Origin: Vulcanimicrobiales bacterium | Lineage (GTDB): Bacteria > Vulcanimicrobiota > Vulcanimicrobiia > Vulcanimicrobiales > Vulcanimicrobiaceae | Assembly: GCA_038231455.1 (NCBI GenBank) | Contig: JBBRLI010000007.1 | Span: 87,657 to 151,656 of the forward strand | DNA: 64,000 nt | Reading direction: 5' to 3' | Translations under genes and position numbers: made by a program | Notes under the pieces: model-generated | The model's database searches: none | Told to the model about the DNA's origin: nothing | The model's input: only the letters and a program-made list of their open reading frames with translations | Shown: one piece after another, positions 15,216 through 24,394 of the stretch | How the letters are laid out: the number at the start of each line of letters is the position of its first letter | Position numbering within the stretch: the first letter of the stretch is position 1

Positions 15216-17650
15216 AAGGTTACCCGAAACGAGCGCAGCCCGAAGGCCGGAAGCGTGAAGTGTAAGGATTCGTCGACGAGTCGGACGTCGCCCGCGACCG
15301 ACCGTTCGACGGCATCGACTGAATACACGGCGCGCGCGCGGCCGCCGCTGCGCAGTTCGACCGGGCGCGTTTGGCCATTGCATTCGCGCACGCGCACGAT
15401 GACGCCGTCGCCGTCCTCGGCCGGCTTTGCCGCGACAATGAGGACGGCCGGGTCATCGCAGCTGAAGAGCCGTACGCGTGGCGCATGCGCGTAGTCAAGC
15501 CACGCCTGCTCGAGTCCCGAGATCGTCACGCCATCGGTCGGCACGAGCGCGTAGGAAATGTGCTGTTCGCCGCGATCGGCGTGCGGCGAGGGCCAGTTGG
15601 TCGAGCGCAACAGCGAATGACCGAGCGCAATACCGGGTTCGAGGCCGCGTGCCGACCAGCCGTACGAGTCGGTGACGAACTGCGCGAATCCAAAACCCGC
15701 CGTCTCCAGCGCTGCATAGCGGTGTCCGGGCGCTTCGAATTTTGCGCGCTCGGCAGCGGTCTGCGGATACGCGCTGCGAACGACCGTCCCGTGCGGCGCA
15801 CCGTAGCGCACGTCGCGCGCGTCCGTTGCGATCCAATGTTCGTTCCGCAGCAGCACGTGCTCGGCGTTCCAAGCAATTGCAAGCTCCACGCGCAGCCACG
15901 GTTCGTCGGCTGCAAGCCAGAGGCGCATCGCAATCGGCGAATCGCCGCATCGCAGACGCACGACGAGCGCCTCATCTTCGACCGTCGCACCCTCACACCG
16001 AATACGGACCTGTTTACGCGTATAGGTGCGGTCGATATTCCAGGCATCCCATTTCTTGGGTTTATCGACATAGGCGCGCAAGCCGTTGATCACGCTTGCA
16101 ACGTTCGGCCCGCTCGCCGTACCAAAATCGATAATCGTCCCGTCGCGCCGGATACGCGTGCGCACGTAGTCGTTTGCAAGATCGAACTCTTCGCCGTCGG
16201 CGCGCGGTGTGACGAGTCGCGCCGCGGGCGGATGCAGCTTCACCCGCGGCAAGATCGACTGCGCGCTCTCGAGTGTGCGCGCGGCGATTCGCTCGGCTTT
16301 GTCGTAATCTTCGTGGACCTCGGAATACACTTTGGCGATCGCCGTTCCGGTGATGACGTCGTGAAACTGATTGCGCAGCACGATCGTCCACGCGCGCTTC
16401 AAATCTTCGCGCAAGGTCGCGATCACCGTCGATGGCGCGCGAACGGCAACGCACCAGGCTGCCGCTTCTTCTGCAGCTTCGAGCGCTCGTTCGAGCCCGG
16501 CGTTTCGTACCTTGAGCGCGCGGTGCGTCGTGAAGACGCCGCGATGATATTCGAGATAGAGTTCCCCCGTGTGCGAAGGAAGCTCGTGCGTTGCGATCTC
16601 GTCGAGCCAAGCCCCAACGCTGGTCCAACGTACGTGTCCGGCGAGCGTGGCAAGATCGGCGTCGCGCGCTCCGCCTCCGCCATCGCCAAAACCGAGCACG
16701 AAGAGTTCGTCCCGCGTCCGACTCGCCGCGACGCGTTTTCGATCGATGCCGCCGTCGTACGAGGCAAGGAGCGCTGCGACGACGCGGCTTCCATCGGGTC
16801 CGTGCCAAGCAAACTGCGGATACGGAAAGACGGTCGTGTCGTTCCACATGAGTTTCGTCGTTGCGAAGCGGTGAATACCGGCGTGCGCGGCAAGCGTCGG
16901 AAATGTCGCGCAAAAGCCGAATGAATCCGGCAACCACGCAACGGTCGGCGTGAGCCCGAGCGCGCTTTGCGCGTACCGAATGCCATGTAAGAATTGTCGG
17001 AGCAGCGATTCGCCTGAGGGGATGTTGCAATCCGATTCGACCCACAGCGCAGCGACGCTCGCGTCGATTCCGCCGCGCTCGATTGCACCCCGCACGCGCT
17101 CGAACAACGCGGGTTCGCTTTTTTCGAGGTACGCGTAGAGTTGCGGTTGCGACTGGGCAAAGACGTAGCCGCCGTCGATCTGACGCAGCGCCGTCGCAAG
17201 CGTGCGCGCGATCTTGCGTTTGGTCTCGGAAAACGTCCACAGCCACGCGACGTCAAGATGCGCGTGACCGACCGCGGGCAGACCCTCGACGCCCTTCGGC
17301 ACGGTACCGGCCATCGCGTTTGGCACGGATAGCTCGAGTTCCAGCGGTGGCGTTTGTTCGGCGCGCGCGAGCATCCAGCGCCACGCGATACCATCACCCG
17401 CCGGCAGGCCCGATGTCGGCAGCGACCGTTCTTCCACCGCGATATCGAGCGCGCACGAACCGCGCGGCGGGGTCACGGTACACGTCTGATGTTCGCGATC
17501 GAACGCGCACACGACAACATCATCGATGCGCAAGAGTGCGCCCGTGCGGGTCGCATACGTGAGCGCGACGGGCGAGCCGTCAAAATCCGCGCGGCCGCGC
17601 AAACGCGCGACGCCCTCACGCGAATCAACGCGCTCGAGTGTCACGCGCAC
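15212..17650 (-). CDS. Alpha-mannosidase (GH38)
   Basis: GHAHLDVAWLW, WLPDSFG, GELYLEYHRG and QFHDVITGT motifs. Confidence 0.92.
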   Translation of the reverse strand: MRVTLERVDSREGVARLRGRADFDGSPVALTYATRTGALLRIDDVVVCAFDREHQTCTVTPPRGSCALDIAVEERSLPTSGLPAGDGIAWRWMLARAEQTPPLELELSVPNAMAGTVPKGVEGLPAVGHAHLDVAWLWTFSETKRKIARTLATALRQIDGGYVFAQSQPQLYAYLEKSEPALFERVRGAIERGGIDASVAALWVESDCNIPSGESLLRQFLHGIRYAQSALGLTPTVAWLPDSFGFCATFPTLAAHAGIHRFATTKLMWNDTTVFPYPQFAWHGPDGSRVVAALLASYDGGIDRKRVAASRTRDELFVLGFGDGGGGARDADLATLAGHVRWTSVGAWLDEIATHELPSHTGELYLEYHRGVFTTHRALKVRNAGLERALEAAEEAAAWCVAVRAPSTVIATLREDLKRAWTIVLRNQFHDVITGTAIAKVYSEVHEDYDKAERIAARTLESAQSILPRVKLHPPAARLVTPRADGEEFDLANDYVRTRIRRDGTIIDFGTASGPNVASVINGLRAYVDKPKKWDAWNIDRTYTRKQVRIRCEGATVEDEALVVRLRCGDSPIAMRLWLAADEPWLRVELAIAWNAEHVLLRNEHWIATDARDVRYGAPHGTVVRSAYPQTAAERAKFEAPGHRYAALETAGFGFAQFVTDSYGWSARGLEPGIALGHSLLRSTNWPSPHADRGEQHISYALVPTDGVTISGLEQAWLDYAHAPRVRLFSCDDPAVLIVAAKPAEDGDGVIVRVRECNGQTRPVELRSGGRARAVYSVDAVERSVAGDVRLVDESLHFTLPAFGLRSFRVTF

Positions 17651-17655
17651 GGAAG

Positions 17656-18069
17656 CTAGAACGTCTTTTCGATCGTGCTATTGGCGCGCGCGCAATCATT
17701 GCGCGCTTGATCGCTCGAAATCAGTTGCATACCCAGGGGAAGCGGGAGCGCACGCTCTTCATGTGGCCGATCGACCGTGAAGGCGACGTCGAGCGTTCCG
17801 CCGGCCGGCAGCGCGGGCACAATCTGCGTTCCGACTTTGATGCGATTGCGCAGCAGGACGACCGACTGTTTCACATCGGCTACTTGATCGCGCTGACCGA
17901 CATTGGTGAGGGTCCCCGTGACGATGATGTGATCGGCTTTGCCGCGTTCGGCGATCACCTTGATGCGCAAGTTTCCAAGCGACGCATCGGCGGCCGGGCA
18001 AGGCGACGGCGGCGGCGCCGGCGCGGGGCTGGCCAAGAAGAGTGCGAGGGCGAGCAGAAGATGGTTCAC
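17656..18069 (-). CDS. Secreted protein, CARDB/Ig-like beta-sandwich
   Basis: Signal peptide (NHLLLALALFLA), Pro linker and TLTNVG...VPALPAGGTLDVAFT pattern. Confidence 0.6.
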   Translation of the reverse strand: MNHLLLALALFLASPAPAPPPSPCPAADASLGNLRIKVIAERGKADHIIVTGTLTNVGQRDQVADVKQSVVLLRNRIKVGTQIVPALPAGGTLDVAFTVDRPHEERALPLPLGMQLISSDQARNDCARANSTIEKTF

Positions 18070-18071
18070 GT

Positions 18072-18980
18072 TTAGCGTAACCGCGGCGGCGTCGCGAACG
18101 ATGCATGCCGCGCGAACCATTCGCGGATCACCCCGATCGTCTCGAGCGGGCGTTCGCGCTGGACGAAATGTCCGCACCCGGAAAACGTCGCGCGGCGATA
18201 CGGCCCGCGAAAGAAGGCGTCTTTGTTCTGGGTCGTTTCCGGGAGGGTGGCCCCGTCTTCATCGCCGTGCAGAACGAGCGTTGCGACATCGAGCGGCGGC
18301 AAGCCATCAAGATAGGAGCGGTCGAGCGCGTAACGCGTGTGACCGGGGACAAAGCCCCAGCGTTGCCGGTACGAATGGACGACGATCTTCACAAATTCGG
18401 GATTGTCGAAGGCGGCGGCGGTCCGCTCGTATTCTTCGGCCGTGAATGCCCAACTCGGCGACCACAATTTCCAGAGCGATTCGCAAAACGCGTAACGATC
18501 GTTCTCTAGCGCTTCGACGCCGCGGTCCGTGCCGAAATACCACTGGTACCAGTAGGCCCGATTTTGCTCGGGCGATAGCCGCTGATCGGCAAGATTCGTA
18601 CCGTAGCCAACGGCGATCGCGACCATCGAGGCGATGCGATGCGGCTCGAGCGCGGCGGCAACGTAGGCGGCGCGTGCGCCCCAATCGTGGCCGACCAGCG
18701 CAAAGCGCTCGACCCCGACGGCATCGGCGAATTCGAGGATGTCGCGGCCGAGCGCCGCTGTCTCACCGGTCGTATGCCAGGCGTCGCGGATTTTCGTTTC
18801 GCCAAAACCGCGGACCGATGGCACGAAAACACGCATCCCATCGGCGGCCAACGCTTCGGCTAAATGATCCCACGTGCGAATGCTATCGGGGAAGCCGTGG
18901 ACGAGAACGACCGGCGGTCCATGACGAGGACCGCGCACTTCATAGGCGATCTCGAGAACCGGGGTGACGGCGTAGGGCAT
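18072..18980 (-). CDS. Alpha/beta hydrolase (epoxide hydrolase-like)
   Basis: HGFP, GHDWGA nucleophile motif and GHFVQRE. Confidence 0.9.
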   Translation of the reverse strand: MPYAVTPVLEIAYEVRGPRHGPPVVLVHGFPDSIRTWDHLAEALAADGMRVFVPSVRGFGETKIRDAWHTTGETAALGRDILEFADAVGVERFALVGHDWGARAAYVAAALEPHRIASMVAIAVGYGTNLADQRLSPEQNRAYWYQWYFGTDRGVEALENDRYAFCESLWKLWSPSWAFTAEEYERTAAAFDNPEFVKIVVHSYRQRWGFVPGHTRYALDRSYLDGLPPLDVATLVLHGDEDGATLPETTQNKDAFFRGPYRRATFSGCGHFVQRERPLETIGVIREWFARHASFATPPRLR

Positions 18981-19016
18981 ACGACGTCGTTCGTCAGTGC
19001 TTGCTTACTTCCGGCC

Positions 19017-19202
19017 CTATGCCGAGGCGTCGACGGCTGGGGGTAAGTTAATGTCGATGGGCGCGGCAACCGGCTGAGCAAATTGTTCGACGGCGGTTGG
19101 CGGTGCCGACGCGTCGGCGTCGGCGGGGGCGGACGACGGCGGGAGCGGCGTGCTCTGCACGACCGCGGTATCGATAGGTCCGGAGACCGGTCCGACGCTC
19201 AT
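19017..19202 (-). CDS. Small Pro/Ala-rich hypothetical protein
   Basis: 61 aa; start overlaps the stop of the upstream ORF (TGATG). Confidence 0.55.
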   Translation of the reverse strand: MSVGPVSGPIDTAVVQSTPLPPSSAPADADASAPPTAVEQFAQPVAAPIDINLPPAVDASA

Positions 19203-19465
19203 CAGGCAAGACCCGTGAACGCGGCTGGGACCGAACTTGCAAAGAGTGTCTGCGAGGAAGATTGCCCGGCTGTTGTCCCGACAGCGGTCGAATTGGCGCC
19301 TTCGCCGATTTCGTCTGTGCCCTGGTCGGCGCCGGCTTCTTCGGATGAATTGGCCACGTTCGAAATCGAGGGGTTGGACGGTGGCGGAGCCGTCGAGACC
19401 GGGGTCGTCGATGTCGTCTCGGGCGGGACATAGGCCGCGGGGGCGGCCGGGGCGATCGTGCTCAA
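19202..19465 (-). CDS. Small Ser/Thr/Ala-rich acidic hypothetical protein
   Basis: 87 aa; TTG start with GAGGAG about 6 nt upstream. Confidence 0.6.
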   Translation of the reverse strand: MSTIAPAAPAAYVPPETTSTTPVSTAPPPSNPSISNVANSSEEAGADQGTDEIGEGANSTAVGTTAGQSSSQTLFASSVPAAFTGLA

Positions 19466-19571
19466 AACAGACTCCTCGAAGTGACGTGTCCCATCATCTT
19501 ACTTGCCTGCCAACCCAAGAGCAAGCGCCCGCCGTCACACCGTGTTGCCCGGCCTACCCCCGGCGAACACG

Positions 19572-21617
19572 TTAGGTGCCGACGAGTTCGCGCAGAGCGT
19601 GGCTGAGAATCTTTGGGGCTTTGCCTTGGAAGAGCAGGCTCTCATTGCCGCCGATTTGCTTGCGCAGTTCGACGAGTTCGTCGCGCAGCGCGGCAGCTTT
19701 TTCGAACTCCAGGTTGCCGGCGAACTCGCGCATTTTTTTCTCGATCTCCGCCGCCATTGCCATTGCGACATCGCGCGGAATTTTCTCCGCGCGTAGCGCT
19801 TGGGCATCGGTTCCGGGCGCACCGACGAGCGCGAGAATGTCGCGTACTTCTTTGCGCACGGATTTCGGTTCGATTCCATGCTCGAGGTTGTAGGCGACTT
19901 GCGTCTCGCGACGGCGTTTGGTTTCGCCCAGAGCCCGCGCCATTGATTCGGTGATGACGTCGGCATACATGATCACTTTGCCCTCGACGTTGCGCGCGGC
20001 GCGCCCGATCGTTTGGATGAGCGAGGTGCCCGAGCGCAGGTAGCCTTCTTTATCGGCATCGAGAATGCCGACGAGAGAGACTTCGGGAAGATCGAGCCCT
20101 TCGCGTAAGAGATTGATGCCCACGAGCACGTCGAACTCGCCTTTGCGCAGGTCGCGCAGAATCGCGATGCGCTCGAGTGTCTCGACTTCGCTATGCAAAT
20201 AGCGCACTTTGATGCCGTTTTCGAGCAGATAGTCGGTGAGGTCTTCGGCCATTTTTTTTGTGAGCGTCGTAACGAGCACGCGTTCGTCTTTTTCGGTGCG
20301 CTTGCGAATCTCGTCCATCAAATCGTCGACCTGATGGCGCGTCGGCCGCACCTCGACTTCGGGATCGACCAGACCCGTCGGACGGATCACCATCTCGACG
20401 ACTTGCGCCGACTTGCCAAGTTCGTACGTTGCCGGTGTCGCCGAGACGTAAACGATCTGCTTGATGTGTTTGTCGAATTCTTCAAAGGTCAGCGGACGAT
20501 TGTCGAGTGCGGAAGGCAAGCGGAAACCGTGTTCGACAAGTGATTCTTTGCGCGAGCGATCGCCGCCGTACATGCCGTGCACTTGCGGGATCGACACGTG
20601 CGACTCGTCGACGAAAATCAGCCAATCATCCTGCGGGAAGAAGTCGAGCAGACACCAGGGAGTCGAACCCGATTCGCGACCGGCCAAGTGACGCGAATAA
20701 TTCTCGACGCCGTTGCAGTAGCCGACTTCGCGCAGCATGTCCAAATCGTAGCGCGTGCGCTGCTCGAGGCGCTGCGCTTCGAGCAATTTGCCTTCGCGCT
20801 TGAAAAATGCCAATCGTTCTTGAAGTTCTTCTTCGATCGCGATGATCGCACGACCGAGCTTCTCTTCGGGCGTGATGTAATGTTTGGCCGGAAAAATTTT
20901 TAGCTCGGCTTTTGACTCGACGTATTCACCCGTAAGAATGTTGACGACGTTGATCGCCTCGACCTCATCGCCAAAAAACTCGATCCGGTGAACGAGTTCG
21001 TCTTCAACACCGACATATTCGAGCGTATCGCCGCGCACACGGAACGTCCCGCGAACCAAATTCAGATCGTTGCGACGGTATTGCATGCCAACAAGCTTGC
21101 GCAAAAAATCATCGCGATCGACCCGATCGCCAACTTTGATGTCCGCGGAAAGCTCCATGTAGTCGGCGGGCGAGCCCAAACCGTAAATACACGAAACAGA
21201 AGCTACGATTAGCGTATCTTTACGTGTAAGCAGTGACTGCGTCGCCGAATGCCGCAAACGCTCGACCTCATCATTGATCGAACTATCCTTAGCGATATAC
21301 GTATCGGTATGCGCGATATACGCCTCAGGCTGATAGTAGTCGAAGTACGAAACAAAATACTCAACCGCATTATTCGGAAAAAACTCCCGAAACTCAGCAC
21401 ACAGCTGCGCAGCCAGCGTCTTGTTATGGCAAAGCACAAGCGTCGGCTTCTGAACCGACTCAACGACCTTGGCCATCGCCATCGTCTTGCCCGAGCCCGA
21501 AACGCCAAGCAACGTCTGTGCACGGAGCCCACGTTTGATTCCGTCGGCAAGGGCGGCGGTCGCCTTGGGCTGATCGCCCGCCAGCTCGTAAGGCGATTCC
21601 AATTTAAATTGCGGCAT
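19572..21617 (-). CDS. uvrB: Excinuclease ABC subunit B
   Basis: [17 protein letters not shown]-like beta-hairpin motif ([10 protein letters not shown]), DESH, GRAARN and C-terminal UVR domain. Confidence 0.99.
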   Translation of the reverse strand: MPQFKLESPYELAGDQPKATAALADGIKRGLRAQTLLGVSGSGKTMAMAKVVESVQKPTLVLCHNKTLAAQLCAEFREFFPNNAVEYFVSYFDYYQPEAYIAHTDTYIAKDSSINDEVERLRHSATQSLLTRKDTLIVASVSCIYGLGSPADYMELSADIKVGDRVDRDDFLRKLVGMQYRRNDLNLVRGTFRVRGDTLEYVGVEDELVHRIEFFGDEVEAINVVNILTGEYVESKAELKIFPAKHYITPEEKLGRAIIAIEEELQERLAFFKREGKLLEAQRLEQRTRYDLDMLREVGYCNGVENYSRHLAGRESGSTPWCLLDFFPQDDWLIFVDESHVSIPQVHGMYGGDRSRKESLVEHGFRLPSALDNRPLTFEEFDKHIKQIVYVSATPATYELGKSAQVVEMVIRPTGLVDPEVEVRPTRHQVDDLMDEIRKRTEKDERVLVTTLTKKMAEDLTDYLLENGIKVRYLHSEVETLERIAILRDLRKGEFDVLVGINLLREGLDLPEVSLVGILDADKEGYLRSGTSLIQTIGRAARNVEGKVIMYADVITESMARALGETKRRRETQVAYNLEHGIEPKSVRKEVRDILALVGAPGTDAQALRAEKIPRDVAMAMAAEIEKKMREFAGNLEFEKAAALRDELVELRKQIGGNESLLFQGKAPKILSHALRELVGT

Positions 21618-21816
21618 GGAACCGTTCTAACACGCCGCGCAGCCACCATGGTGGCACGCGCAACGATTACTCTACGACAACGATGCAAGGCGCGCCCACG
21701 GGGAATCGCGCCCAGCCACCCTGTTCAGGCGCGCCAAGACCCGGGGGCCCCGCGCCGCAGGCGTGGGGGGCGCGGAGCGGAGCGCAGCGCCTTCAAACCC
21801 GCACGCCACGAACTCT

Positions 21817-21914
21817 GCCCTCAGGCAAGCAACCGGCAAGCCACAAGCTCCGCCCTCAGGCCAGCAACCGGCATGCCACACAACCACGCCCTCAGGCCAG
21901 AACCGACAAGCCAC
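21817..21914 (+). repeat. Three imperfect direct repeats of 27-28 bp (period 35-36 bp)
   Basis: GCCCTCAGGCAAGCAACCGGCAAGCCAC (21817), GCCCTCAGGCCAGCAACCGGCATGCCAC (21852) and GCCCTCAGGCCAGAACCGACAAGCCAC (21888), with 7-8 bp linkers. Confidence 0.85.
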
Positions 21915-22060
21915 CATCAAACCCACCGGCGCGGCAAAGCCGCTAGCATACGCGATGCGGCAAAGCCCAGGAGCAAAGCCACAAAGCAACCACGTTTACA
22001 GGCCACCACGCCTGAAACTAGAAGCTATCGGGCCCTGCGCCTTTCCCGGAGAATCCGTCT

Positions 22061-23125
22061 TTGATCCAAGCGCCGCTTCTCTTTAGCGGGAACTCGAATC
22101 GCGAGCTCGCCGAAGAGATCGTCAAAAAAATGCAGGGCCGCGTCGGCTCCGCCCTCGTGGACCGTTTCAAAAACGAAGAATGCCGGATCGAGATTCGCGA
22201 AAACGTTCGTGGCGCCGAGGTTTTCGTTCTGCAATCGATCTGCACGTCGCCGGGCGGAATGAGCGTCAACGACTCGCTCATGGAACTGCTGCTCATGATC
22301 GATGCCCTGCGCCGCGCCTCGGCGAACCGCATCACCGCGGTCGTCCCATATTACGGATACGCAAAGCAAGACAAGAAGACCAAAGGCCGCGAGCCCATCT
22401 CCGCTAAGCTGGTCGCGAACATGCTCGAGACCGCCGGCTGCGAGCGCCTGGTCACCCTCGACCTCCACGCCGCGCAAATCCAGGGCTTCTTTAATATCCC
22501 AGTCGACAACCTGATGGCCGCCCCGACGCTCTGTAACTACCTCAAACACAACAATTTACAGGGCGATTCGATCGTCGTCGTGTCCCCGGATGCCGGCGGC
22601 GTGCCGCGGGCGGAACTCTTCGCAAAACGGCTCAAATCGCAGGTCGCGGTCATTATGAAGCGCCGCCCGGAGCCCGATGTCTCCGAGGTCACTCACATCG
22701 TTGGCGATGTAAGCGGTAAGATCGCGGTTGTCGTGGATGATATGATATCGACCGGTGGGACGCTGGTCAAAGCGGCCGAGGCCCTCATCGCGCGCGGCGC
22801 GACCAAAGTCTACACGCTCGCCACGCACGGCATCTTTGCCGGCGAGGCGATCAAGCAGCTCCAGAACTCGCCGATCGAAAAGGTCATCGTCACCAATACC
22901 ATTGCGCGGGGCTCCTGGCTCGCCGATGGCGGCGATACCGCCTCCAAAATCGAAGTGCTCTCGATCGCTCAGATCCTCGCTGATGCGATCAAACGGATCA
23001 CCACGAACCGCTCGGTCTCCGAGCTGTTCATGCCGGACGAACTCGAGGACGACGGTTCGGCCCACCCTAGCGACGCGTCGCACGCCCCCGAAGCGGCGGC
23101 GCTCGAACCGATCGCCATCAGCTAA
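22061..23125 (+). CDS. prs: Ribose-phosphate pyrophosphokinase
   Basis: PYYGYAKQDK, DLHAAQIQGFF, VSPDAGG and VVDDMISTGGT motifs. Confidence 0.98.
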   Translation: MIQAPLLFSGNSNRELAEEIVKKMQGRVGSALVDRFKNEECRIEIRENVRGAEVFVLQSICTSPGGMSVNDSLMELLLMIDALRRASANRITAVVPYYGYAKQDKKTKGREPISAKLVANMLETAGCERLVTLDLHAAQIQGFFNIPVDNLMAAPTLCNYLKHNNLQGDSIVVVSPDAGGVPRAELFAKRLKSQVAVIMKRRPEPDVSEVTHIVGDVSGKIAVVVDDMISTGGTLVKAAEALIARGATKVYTLATHGIFAGEAIKQLQNSPIEKVIVTNTIARGSWLADGGDTASKIEVLSIAQILADAIKRITTNRSVSELFMPDELEDDGSAHPSDASHAPEAAALEPIAIS

Positions 23126-23139
23126 AACGAAAGATTATC

Positions 23140-23772
23140 GTGTCGAAATCCACCACACTCACCAAAGTTGAACTTGCTTCACGCCCGAATACCGGAACGA
23201 CCGGATCCAAAGCCGCCCGCCACGCCGGGATGATCCCCGCCGTTGTCTACGGTCACGGCGATCCGCTCTCGGTCTCCGTGCCGGTGAAGATCCTCGACGA
23301 ACTGCTCGCGGCCGGTGCGAACCACTTGCTCGATGCCAAGATCGACGGCAAAGCCGATACCGTGATGCTGCGCGGCGTTGCCCGCCATCCGGTCACGCAT
23401 CGCCCGATCCATGCCGACTTCCAGCGCATGTCGCGCACGGAAAGCGTCCGCAACAAGATCGCCGTTCACACCAGCGGCACAGCCGCCGGCGTGAAAGACG
23501 GCGGCGGCGTCATGGACGTTGTGGCCCACGAGATCGACATCAGCGGCCCCGCCTCGGACTTCCCCGAGTATGTGACGGTCGATGTGAGTTCGCTTGGCAT
23601 CCACGGCCACATCACCGCCAAGGACGTCCCGCTGCCGAAGGGCTTCACGCTCCACACGCCGCCGGACCAGACGATCGTCACGATCTCGGCGCCGCGTACC
23701 GTGGTCGAACCGACCGTTGCGGCCGAAGCGCCGGTCGCCGCGGCAGAACCCGCAGCAGCGCCCGCCACCTAG
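23140..23772 (+). CDS. rplY: 50S ribosomal protein L25/Ctc
   Basis: IPAVVYG, HPVT...HADF and GVKDGG motifs; conserved prs-rplY-pth order. Confidence 0.95.
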   Translation: MSKSTTLTKVELASRPNTGTTGSKAARHAGMIPAVVYGHGDPLSVSVPVKILDELLAAGANHLLDAKIDGKADTVMLRGVARHPVTHRPIHADFQRMSRTESVRNKIAVHTSGTAAGVKDGGGVMDVVAHEIDISGPASDFPEYVTVDVSSLGIHGHITAKDVPLPKGFTLHTPPDQTIVTISAPRTVVEPTVAAEAPVAAAEPAAAPAT

Positions 23773-23775
23773 GCT

Positions 23776-24390
23776 CTGCGCCTCATCGCGGGCCTGGGAA
23801 ATCCGGGCAAGCAGTACGCGCGAACGCGCCACAACATCGGATTCATCGTCCTGGACGAACTCGCGCGGCGCTGGAACGCGCCCGCGTGGAAGAAAAAGGA
23901 CGGCGCGTTCCAGTCGCTGGTGCGCGAAAAAAACGCGATCCTCATCGAGCCGCAGACGTTTATGAATGCGAGTGGCGAGCCGATGCGGATCGCCGCGTCC
24001 TTTTATAAGATCGAAGCACCCGACGTCCTCGTCGTGGTCGACGATCTCGATTTACCATTCGGACGCCTACGGGTTCGCGTGAACGGCAGCGCCGGCGGAC
24101 ACAACGGCCTCAAGTCCATCATCGCGCACTTCGGCCCCGATTTTCCGCGCCTCCGCATCGGGATCGGACGCGGGCGAAACGGCGCCGAGGCGATCGACCA
24201 GGTCCTCGGCACGTTCGACGCTGACGAAGAGCGCGACATGGACAAGATCGTTGATGCGTGCATCGAAACGATCGAAATGTGGCTGGCCGGGAACCGGAGT
24301 GCAGCGATGAATTTTGCTAACCCGTGGAGCGCGAATCCGCCCCCGAAGCCTCCCAAAGCTGAAGATCCGGCGGTTCGTGCCGAACAGTAA
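23776..24390 (+). CDS. pth: Peptidyl-tRNA hydrolase, apparent CTG start
   Basis: CTG CGC CTC ATC GCG GGC CTG GGA AAT CCG gives (M)RLIAGLGNPGKQYARTRHNIGF, then FMNASG and GGHNGLKS. The ORF-track start at 23920 omits the catalytic His region. Confidence 0.93.
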   Translation: MRLIAGLGNPGKQYARTRHNIGFIVLDELARRWNAPAWKKKDGAFQSLVREKNAILIEPQTFMNASGEPMRIAASFYKIEAPDVLVVVDDLDLPFGRLRVRVNGSAGGHNGLKSIIAHFGPDFPRLRIGIGRGRNGAEAIDQVLGTFDADEERDMDKIVDACIETIEMWLAGNRSAAMNFANPWSANPPPKPPKAEDPAVRAEQ

Positions 24391-24394
24391 CCAA

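Noticed and set aside
21618-21630. SOS box at uvrB (GAACCGTTC)
   Set aside because: Half-site spacing is 1 nt rather than the required 4.
21817-21914. CRISPR array
   Set aside because: Linkers are only 7-8 bp, the repeats are degenerate and there are no cas genes in the window.
21925-21985. c-di-GMP-I riboswitch (GCAAAGCC motifs)
   Set aside because: The GNRA-tetraloop/receptor two-stem architecture is not present; the motifs look like simple repeats.
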